A program made the translations under genes and the position numbers. Below are positions 51,424-64,000 of a DNA stretch of 64,000 nucleotides, piece by piece. The notes below the pieces were generated by a model. The model searched no databases. It had not been told where the DNA came from and was given only the letters and a program-made list of their open reading frames with translations. Position 1 is the stretch's first letter. Each line of letters opens with the position of its first letter. Origin of the DNA: the human T2T-CHM13v2.0 reference genome, Homo sapiens; assembly GCF_009914755.1 (NCBI RefSeq), contig NC_060937.1; one strand, 5' to 3'.

Positions 51424-51833
51424 TAGAAAAGATTAACTGAGAGTCTTTCATCTTTAAAGGTCTGAAAGAAACATTTACCATCTATTCTCTTTGAGGTCTG
51501 CTGCCTGTGATGTTTCATTTACATAACAAGACCACCTTTCCCAGATAGGCCTCCTCTTCTTTCCCTCCCATAACCTGTTTTGCCACCATAACCTGATTTA
51601 CCACCATAACCTGTTTTGGGCCATGCTCCCAGCTCCCATTCTTTCTGTAACTTCAAGATGGTATAAAAGCTTCTGTAACCCATTGAGAGTTGAGGGTAAT
51701 CACTCTCTGGTCCCACTTCTATGTGACATTAATTAATTTTTATGCTTTTTTCTGCAATTAATCTCCTTTTGTGAATTGATTTTTCAGCAAACCTTCAGAG
51801 TGCAAAGGGGCAGTTTTTTCTTTGTTCCCTCTA
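51424..51833 (+). mobile_element. MER4-group ERV1 LTR 3' part, with three 18-bp CCATAACCTG repeats
   Basis: ACATTTACCATCTATTCTCT shared with the LTR at ~36025; TTCAGCAAACCTTCAGAG end shared with ~43170. Confidence 0.75.
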
Positions 51834-52155
51834 AGTCCCTGATTAATGGGGGAACTTTTCCAGATGTGGATGGTTTGGAACAAACTTATTTTGAAATGCA
51901 TGACCTAAATTAATCAGTGTGGGAATGGCATTAGGGTTTGTGGCAGAGGTCAGTGGCCCAGAAGACAGAGGAAAGGTTCTATATACCTCAGTGTGGTAGT
52001 ATATGGTTCTCATAAATGTAAGAGAAAAATGTGGCCATATTGCATTAAATGCAATAGTATAGTTAGTGTTTCATGTTAGTATTCTCTAACTTACTTCCAT
52101 GAAATCAACTAGGACATTTGAAGGAATATTTTCTAGCCTTTAAAAATATTTAGCC

Positions 52156-52864
52156 TTTTGGGGCTCAGAAAATAATATCCCAAAATATGGCTTTTCAGCA
52201 TGCAGAGTACTTTGAACTAAAGGACATTACAGAGGCTCAGAAGCAGCCTCAGAACCAGCCTCTTTCAGCTTCTTCTGCCCTCCTGTCTCTTGTCCATCAT
52301 TTTCCCTAAAGTGAGTCATAGAAATCAAAATTCCTCTTCCTGATTGTGGGAAAGAGTTTTATAGAAACTAGAAACTCCTTTTCCCAAACCCAGCCATAAA
52401 AACTAGAATTATTACTCTAATATTCCTCTACCTTTCTGTCTAAAAACTGGCCATAAAGAAATTCTCTGACATACCTTGTCTGAAAGTAGACCATAAGATC
52501 CTCATTACACAAGGGGTCCTGCCCTGCACCTAGGAAAAAAGGATTGCCACACAGAGAGGCCAAGACAAATCTTGACAGGCCTTGCTGGGTTTTCCCACTC
52601 AGTCTATTACTAATACATCATTCACTTATTGTCCAACCACATTTCTACATGGCTGTTCACCCTTCATTTAGTCTAAGCATAAAAATGGAGAGTTTTCTCT
52701 TAGGTATTTGGGCTTTTATTTCTGAAGATTCTCATATAACATAAAACTTTAATTAAATATAATCTCTCATACTTTTCTCTTGTTAACTTATCTATTGTTG
52801 CTGGAGTGTCAGTTATATCCCTTATGATGGGTAAGGAAACATGTCAAACCTCTCCACCCCTACA
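52156..52864 (+). mobile_element. MER39 solo LTR
   Basis: TTGGGGCTCAGAAAATAATATCCCAAAAT..CACCCCTACA; TSD AGCC/AACC. Confidence 0.85.
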
Positions 52865-55108
52865 AACCCATTCTATCCATTAATAAGCCCATTCCACCCA
52901 CATTCACAAACTTGCAACAGAGAAAAGATGGGAATATTTAGAATAATATATCCATACAATTTATGTCCCTGTTTACTTTTAATATTTTTGGAGCCCAATT
53001 CTCCGGATGTGCTCAAATCAGCCTCTGTAGACTCAGATGTTTTGAAAAGTATTTTGATTGCTAACATCTGGATTTAGAGAAGGACATAGTCTCTTACGAG
53101 TACAATGACATGTGAAACCAACAAAACAAAGCCATTTTTCCTTGTAACCACAACATTGCCCTTCATGAAAACCCAAACTAAACATGACATTTAATTTACA
53201 CTACTGGTGGTTGATTCAGTGACATCTGTACTCCTCAACTGTTCTTAGGCTCATCATGATACACATTTTTTTCTTTAGAAATTAGAGTGGGGACAAGTCA
53301 ACTCGGGGAACACTCACTATAATTATTGAGGCCAGCATCTTTGCAACAAAGCACATGTCATAATTTTGAGGGTTTCTATACAGTCAGATATTCATTTTTA
53401 TCTAAGGATACTTTCATTGGCTTGTTTTTTTTTTTAACACTTTTTTAGCCTGAATGAAAATATACCTGTTCTCCCATTTTTAGTTGTTCACTGTTACTTT
53501 CCAACATGATTTTTTTAGTTGCTTGATTAGTTGTTATGTAATTCTCTGATATTTATACAAATGAATATATTTGATTGTTACATTTTCCACAGCAGTGATT
53601 GGATAAATTATTTTTGGAATCTAAATCAATCTTAACTCATGGAGGAGGAAGATTTGACAATTCTCTTGCATTTCTTTTTCTCTTCCTTTTCTATCTTTCA
53701 TTTTTTCTTCATCTGCTGAATGTCATAGCCACCTCATTAGTTCTGGATAATCTCTTTTCTTTCAACAACGAAAGACCTGTAAGCTCTAAATTTGTCTTGA
53801 AATGTCTGTTGCACTGCAGGGTCATTTACTGTGAACCATTTGTAAGGAACATACACCAAATGTTCCAATCAATGTGTACAGATAGGGTCAGGCTAATACA
53901 GAAGTGTATTAAAATGGCCGGATGCCAATTTAGTTCATCTTTTGTGAAATCCTGAGTTATTTTCTTGCTACAAACATCAAGATGAAGCCTTTGGAGTTTA
54001 TTTCTTTCCTTTCTATTACTTTCTTCTATATTTTTATAAAGAATATTCTTAAACTTTTTAAAACTCTACCTGGCCAAATAGTCCATATATACTTTATTAG
54101 AGAAAATAGCTTTAAGCCAACTGTAGAATGATTGAAATTTAATTGTTGGTAGCCAAGACAAGTAAATTGTTAATCAATAGGTTTAGGGGAGAATATTAGC
54201 TAAAGCTTCAGGCAGTTTCTTATTTACTATAAGCACAATAACCATAATTAATCATCCAGTAAAAAATAATTCTATTTGATCTGTAAGAGAAATGAGAGTT
54301 TCATTTCAAGATGTAATTTAGCAAATGTAAGAACTTAAGTAGTAGCGTTACCATGATCAATTAAACAATGCCTTAGATTAGAAGCTGAACCGTTATTTTA
54401 TTTGTAGTCCAAGGATTAATACTTATATTAAGTTTAGTTGCAAAACTTAAATGACATTTACTGAGAAACCACATGTAGGCTGACATTCCTTTTTTCTTTC
54501 ATAATTAAGTTAGAATAGATTTGAAGCATGGCAAGGTGTTGCATGTGAATAAACAATATAGGTAAATATTTAAGGAAACAATACTTTAATCTTCCACATA
54601 AGACATTTAGAGTAAGAGTCATGATGTGAAAAAGAACAAGCCACTAGTTTGATTTTTTTAAATCCTATTTACTGGTATCAGAGTTTGTATAAACTCCTCC
54701 CAGATTCTGGTGTTGAGGCTCAGAACATGATATTCCAAAGTGTGACACTTTGGCTTGCTGTATACTTTGAAGTAAAAGACATTGGAACCATCTCAGAAAC
54801 AGTCTTTCTGACTTTCTTCCACCCTCCTGTTTTCCATCCCTCTTTCTCCTGCAGTGCAAGTCATAGAAACCAGAATTCTTATTCCTCAAGATGGGTCATA
54901 AAAATTAGAACTCTTCTCCCCCAGAGCAAGACATAAAACCTAGAAAGACCATTTTATCCATTTTCCCTTCTCACTTGAAGACCCTCATTTCAGAAGGTTC
55001 TTGCCCTATACACTGGAAGAAGGAATATGACATAGACAGGCCAAGAAGAATCTGAACAGACAGGACTTGCTGGGCTTCCCCCTCAGTCTGTTACCATTAG
55101 TTCATACC

Positions 55109-57710
<2,602 letters not shown>

Positions 57711-59241
57711 GTACCCTTTTGTCCACTCACATTTCTCCACAGCTGTCCATTCTTCTTCTAACCTAAGCATATATTATAAAAAATAATTGAAAAATTATTC
57801 AGTTTTTTGCTGAATCTTTGAGTTTTCATTTCTGAAGGCTCCTGTGCCATGTAAAACTTTGATTAAATAAATGTGTTATGCTTTTCTCTTGTTAACCTGT
57901 CTTTTGTTATAGGTGTGTGGATGGTGATACATATGATAGGTGAGAAAAGATATCACACTTTTCCACCTCCATACTGGATATGATCAACTTTTACTCATAT
58001 TTCTCTGTGTCACTGGATGTGTTGATTTTTATATAAGTCCAAATGGCTATTTTAATGAAATGTTGGAGGAGAATAAAGACAGAGAACTTAAGAAAGATAG
58101 AGGTAGTGTGAAATGAAGTCAATTGCACATTATACACATGATCACACTGAAGAAATTTCAGTGAAATTCCTCCTTGTGTATTTTTTATGAAGAGCTAAAC
58201 ATGTATAATTAGTTTAGATACTGGAAACATTTCTGTGAAAGTAATCTGGCATGCATTTCCAGATTTAAATAATATGGAAAATTTACTTATTCCCTTCTTT
58301 AAGGACTATAAATTCCCATATTAGAGATAAGGAAAACTTATAAGTTATAAATATACAGTTTAAAATGTTGATCCTGATAAATGAGACTACAAATGACTTC
58401 AAAACAAAAATGTGTATGTCTAATTCACTGCATATATGTAGAAGTTTTATAAAAGTGGTTAGCTTTCAGAAATCCATCCCTCGATTCTACTATGAATGCA
58501 AAGCTTCTCCTATTGTCTGCCTATGAGTATTTTGCAATTTTGAAATGCTTCAGGTTAGCCCAAACTGCACAACTGACATTTTAGAAATTTTTTTTTCTCT
58601 TATTCATCTCTAAATATCAGTACCTACAGGGAATATGCTTATTAGAACAGTAATTTTTATGGATTTTTGGCCCTTTTGTGCTCCAAAGATACCTAAGAGT
58701 GGGTCTAGCTGTAATTTTGTAGGTCAGTATGATATTCTTGTGGAATAAAACAAAAGCTAATTTTTTTTTGCAGCTACCATTATACATGGACAATTTTTAA
58801 AAATATATAATCATTTTTTTCAAGAACTTTAAATTCAACATTAACATGTTCTCTCTGTTTAAGGAATAAACTGAATATACACTATACTATTAAATTATGT
58901 ACTTTGCCAAAATGGTAGATAATAATTGTTCAAAAAGTGTAAAATAGACCTACATGTCTTTAAGTCGATGTATAGATTATAACATTCTAAAATTGATGTA
59001 AATTTGTTGTATGACAATGATGTTTTAAAGTGTTACCTATCATGATGTTAAGATGTTAAGTGGTAGACCAAACATCATTTTAAAGAACTGAACTATCAGT
59101 CAAGCATCTATATATAATTTTAATGAATATAAATAGTATTCAATAATGTTTTCTCTATTTTTTTCAACAATAGTATAGTGCATATTAAAGAAATATTTTC
59201 TAACTATTTTTCTTTCTCTATGGCAGTGACAAGAACATTAT

Positions 59242-60219
59242 CAGGGAAAAACTAGGTTTTACTGAGACAGGATTTATACAATTTGAGGTTCTTTTTAACA
59301 AACTAATGTAAAATTATAAATGCACCATTAGGTACATAAGTGAGCATTTATCTAAAATGAGAAAATAAATATAAAATAACATTGCATTTTAAAATGTTAG
59401 TGGAAACTGCTAACATCATAGAAATCCAGAAAATTTGTATGGTATTTACTAAATTACAATGCCCCCTTATAACCATCCCAACACCTGCCTCACATTTGGC
59501 TGCATGCTCTTGATCAACTCTTCATATTACAATGGTTTTATCATATCTTTCTATAAAAGAGAAGAAAAAAATATTTTTCTCTAGTGTATTTGATGAAAAT
59601 ATATTTTTATAACTTATTAGCATTCCTTTTAGTATTATAACTTATTACTGAAACTATCATGCAATTTCTAGAATTGTTTTCCAAAATTGGGAAAGACTTT
59701 AAGGTTTTTTTTTCAATATGTGAGTATGATTTAGGTGAATTTTACACACATTCTGGTTCCTAACATTTTACAAACAGATTCCATTCCCCAACTCACAGGT
59801 TGGTGTGTCATAGGACCTGCTCATATCATAATGGGATTTCATTTCTGCAGCACTTTATGTCAGTGGGTAGAAGAGTATTTCTAGAAGTCATTCCTATACT
59901 GAAACAGGTAGCAGTTATCTAGTTATGCACAGAAGTGACTGAATCTCATCAGTATTTCCCACTAAACTCAAACTAAATGTACTCCAACTTAACTTCTCCT
60001 TAGCTATATCCCCAAAGGCCCAAAGGTATGCTGTGCCATCTAACAACAGGAGGAGTTGAATAGCAAAAAAGACAGTGTTCTTAACCAACTGCAGTTAAAA
60101 TATCTTTTGCAAACTTTTAAAAAGTCACATGACTGTGAACACATTGGTGGCCCTTTTCTGGGCCTTGGAAGGAACCTATGCAAGTAAATTTCATTTGCTT
60201 CAAGATGAACCTGGCTCTG
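59242..60219 (+). mobile_element. ~1-kb non-autonomous hAT transposon with MER53-like termini
   Basis: CAGGG..TTATACAATTTG left end; GGGCCTTGGAAGG..TGCAAGT..CTTCA..CTCTG right end; 8-bp TSD AACATTAT/AACATGAT. Confidence 0.75.
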
Positions 60220-60256
60220 AACATGATGTGAAGATTAGATTAAAAGATGATTTTAC

Positions 60257-60555
60257 AGCCAGGGGCAGTGGTTCATGCCTGTAATCCCAGCACTTTGAGA
60301 GGCCACGATGGGCAGATCACCTGAGGTTAGGAGTTTGAGAGCAGCCTGGCCAACATGGTAAAACTCCGTCTCTACTAAAAATATGAAAAAAAAAAAAAAT
60401 AGCTGGGCATGATGGCATGCACCTGTGGTCCCATCTACTTGGAAGGATAAGTCAGGAGAATCACTTCAACCCATGAGGCAGAGGTTGCAACCTATGAGCT
60501 GAGATTGTGCCACTGCACTCCAACATGGGCGACAGAGTGAGACTCCTTCTCAAAA
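60257..60555 (+). mobile_element. AluS (Sx/Sz-like) with a very short tail
   Basis: GATCACCTGAGGTTAGGAGTTTGAG..GGGCGACAGAGTGAGACTCC. Confidence 0.93.
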
Positions 60556-60699
60556 TGTGTATATAGACAGCTTAATATGTGGATCTGAGTTCTTTACATT
60601 TGGAAAAGAAATGAATTTATATCCTCTAAAACATCTGAAATTTAATTTTCATAAAGTTTCCTCCTCTGAGTAAAATAATGTGAGACTGTCCTTGCATCT

Positions 60700-61715
60700 G
60701 TTGTCACTCTTCCTGGTCTCCTTGGGTGACTTCAGCCAAATCCTATCACTTATATAATGCTGCTTTTCTGAGATATTTGTCTCTACCTTTCTCTTGAGAT
60801 TCAAGTCTGAGTATCCTACTTTATTTGTTGGTCACTAATAACTTGATATTTCAAAGGCACAGTCCATCAGATACTTTGCCAAAGATGTTTTCTATCTTTA
60901 TTTTACACCTGTAACCTCAACATCAATGAATTCTTATGTCGACTTATGTCAATCAGAGGCCTCTTAATAACCTCTCTACATGCAATATTTTACTCCTATT
61001 TCCTTCTAAGTCTGTCACCACTACAACTACCTTACTTTGGGTCCATCTTTCTCATGCAGGTTATTGCAAGAGCATATTCATCTGTGTCCTTATCTGATGC
61101 CTAAATCTCTTGTCAAAGCACATACTGCAAGATTATTCATGTCAAGATTCCAGTTAGATAAATATACAAATTTCTTTAAAATTATTCTGTGGTTTCTAGA
61201 TTTTAGGATAATTTTCAAATGTCTTTACTGAACAAATCAAATCTCTTGACTCTTTTTCTTGCTCTATGTTCTACTGTCTCATATGCAATCTCTACTTAAG
61301 CCATTCTAATTAATATCCAGTTTTTGGGGTCCTGGTGTTAACTTAATGCTTCGTCCTTCTACCTGCTATGTTTTCTTAAGGGAATATTCTGACCCCTCTT
61401 CTCTGCTGAAGAATCTTCTTGATGGACTTTGGGACTTACCTCAAAAGTAATCAACCTCTTCTGAGAAAATTTCCCAGGTCTGATAGGCTAATTCAAAAGT
61501 CAGTTCTTTCCTTTGCTTTCACAGCACTTGGGCATACATTTATGAGATGGTTAACAAACCACATTGCAATCACTGGTTTTTACTTTTCCCCCCGTAGACT
61601 ATGGGTTCAATGTGATTAAGGACTATGTTGTTTATTTCTGCACTCTGAGCACAAAAAATATAGTGTCTGATACATAGGAGATGATCTCAAGTATTTTGAA
61701 TGAATGATTAAATGA
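60700..61715 (+). mobile_element. Decayed L2
   Basis: Ends TAGTGTCTGATACATAGG..CTCAAGTATTTTGAATGAATGA. Confidence 0.6.
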
Positions 61716-62881
61716 GAGAAAAGTTCTGAGGTGTGGTTTAGCAACTAACCCGTTAAAAGCTCAATGAATAGGTAGTTGTGAGTATAGGGTGATCATAAGA
61801 TCACATAATTCAAGGCAGGGCAACATGCACCTATTTCTTTTAGTCTGTTGACAACTTGACAATACTAATGCTACTACTTCTTTTCTCTCCTCTCTATATC
61901 TTAGTGAATCTTAAAATATTAAAGTATATAAATGATATGAAGTCACTAATGATATGATAAATCTAAAAGTAGAGAAATAAGCTCAATAAAAGAGTAACTC
62001 ACAAATAGGAAACTCAGTGTATAAAAATTGATACAGTATCTAGGAGTATCTAAAATATAAATACTTTGATAAAGTATTTATATTTTGGGAGCTCCTGACT
62101 TGATAAAGTTTCATTATTGTTGATAATGGTTACTGAAAATAGACCATAGTGAGGAAGTTTAAAATGTTTATTAAAATCAATACTTATAAATGATAGATTT
62201 ACCTGTTTACCTCACAAAAATGTCTTTCTCCCTCTTTTGCTGTCTCCTTTTTTCTTTTTCTAATATGTATGCATATATATAAATCTTAAAAAAATTGGTT
62301 TAATGTGTATTTATAAAAAGATGGAGCATCTCTTTGAATTGATTTTCTGAAGGTAAATATTTCCCTCTCCTTCCACTACCGAATGCTTTATTTCTTGTCT
62401 AAGTTTCTATTGGTTGACTCCTGAATGTCTTCATTGACATTGTCCATCTCCTTACATTCCTCAGTGTTGACACCTAACTTTATGACATGCCAGCCTCATA
62501 ATGTGACTAACTAAAAGTCATTTGGATAGTTCATCTTTATATTTAATATAGCATATGGAAATACTTACAGGTTATTATAGTAATTAAGAATAATGCCATA
62601 TTTCATTAGCTATGCCTCAGTAATTATGAATATATAATGATTTGAATAGGAATGATGCTAAAATTTACTTTTATGCTAAAAGAAAAAATCCTGCTAAAAA
62701 AATTTATAGTGTACATATAATTTTAAGAGGATTAACTGAAAATGTTTCAAGTCCTTAGCAGTGTCACTTTGCATGGTAGTCATCAATAGATAGCTGAAGT
62801 TATTTTACTTTATATATTTTATTTTACTTTACTTAAGTCACTTTACCTAGAACTAATCTGTCCATGATGTTTAAAATTAGT

Positions 62882-63170
62882 AGCCAGGCACAATGGCTGA
62901 TGCCTATAATCCCAGCTACTCGGGAGGCTGAGGTGAGATGATCACTTGAGACCAGGAATTAGAGACCTATTTGGACAACACAGTGAGACTCTGTCTCTAC
63001 AAAAAATAAAACAATTAGCAAGGCAAAGTGGTACATGCCTGTAGTCCTAGGAACTTGGGAACCTGAGGTAGTAATATTACTTGAGCTTAAGAGTTCAAAG
63101 CTATGGGGAGCTGTGATCATGCCACTGCATCATTCCAGGCAACAGAGTGAGACGCTGACTCTTAAAAAAA
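62882..63170 (+). mobile_element. Old AluJ
   Basis: Dimer with J-type GAGTTCAAAGCT..GAGCTGTGATCATGCCACTGCA. Confidence 0.9.
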
Positions 63171-63594
63171 TTATTTATGATTATGTGTTAGATATGATCT
63201 TATTAATAAACTGAATTTTAAATATTGTTTATTTAGAAATTTTCACATATTCAAAGTGTTTTTCTTGATTTCAAGTTACTGAGATTTTTTTTTTCTTATA
63301 ACTTGAATAGTGTAGGTGTCAAGAATTGGATATTGTGTCAAGATAAACTGATATTTAAATATTTCAATTAAAACTGATTCCATTCTAGTTATTTATCATG
63401 TAGCAAAAATAGATAATTCGAAGTTGATTCATTTTTTAAAGTACTGAACACATGATAAGAAAGTCAATACGCAGATGTCCTAAAATTATTTATGACAATA
63501 AATTATGATAATTCAAATCAACTGCTAAGAATATATTTATTTGTACTTCCTTTTCTGACACCAAAATATATTTGTAATGTTAACATGTTTGATA

Positions 63595-63795
63595 CTAATC
63601 AGCCCAAGTTCAAACTCTAACTCTGTCATTTGTGAGCTCTGTGATATTGACCAAGTTACTTCATTTCTCTAAACTCTAGTTTGTTCCTTCATAAAAGGTG
63701 AAAAGCAGTAGCTATTTTATAAATGTTTCATAAGGATTAAATGGGATTATGTAAAATGTTCTCAACATGATCTCTGACATATGGTACTCAATGAA
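63595..63795 (+). mobile_element. MIR
   Basis: GTTCAAACTCTAACTCTGTCATTT..CTGTGATATTGACCAAGTTACTTCATTTCTCT..AGGATTAAATG. Confidence 0.8.
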
Positions 63796-64000
63796 GAGTA
63801 TGTCAATTAAATTAATTTTAATGTAATTAAATAAAAACATTCTATAATAGTGCACATAACCAATCATCTTCAGTTTCAATTACAATTAATAAATAAGGCA
63901 AATTTTTATGACCCCTAAAAATACCCATTTACAGAATATTATTTGTAAATGAGTTACCTGCATTGGCTCATGTATCGTATATAATTAAACATTATTTTTA

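Noticed and set aside
51519-51716. ORF with KTGYGG repeats
   Set aside because: Antisense translation of an 18-bp repeat inside an LTR
53599-53955. 118-aa ORF
   Set aside because: TTG start, low-complexity F/L run from a pyrimidine tract, no recognisable homology

Overview
This is primate (very likely human) genomic DNA: AT-rich, CpG-poor, intergenic or deep-intronic, with no recognisable host protein-coding exon, RNA gene, CpG island or prokaryotic feature. Nearly all ORFs in the track come from Alu, L1, L2, MaLR or ERV sequence. The main feature is a 5,986-bp two-LTR HERV-H provirus (44945-50930, + strand). It has a 5-bp TSD (ATTAG), a tRNA-His PBS, decayed gag/pro/pol, a deleted env, and LTR7 ends carrying the ACAAAAGA block described for the stem-cell-active LTR7up group. 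It inserted exactly at the right end of a MER50 solo LTR, which itself splits a Tigger2a transposon. The 31.5-58 kb region is an LTR hotspot: full-length MSTA, full-length THE1B inside MER39, MER31A/B, MER4D and three MER39-family LTRs. I found no convincing novel biological system. The best leads are regulatory or evolutionary: the LTR7up-type provirus, the stacked insertion site, Trp-to-stop G>A mutations, a triple AGGTCA DR1, a DUX4 motif, a ~1-kb MER53-ended hAT element, and several perfect hairpins. Repeat family names come from recalled consensus sequences and should be confirmed with RepeatMasker/Dfam.
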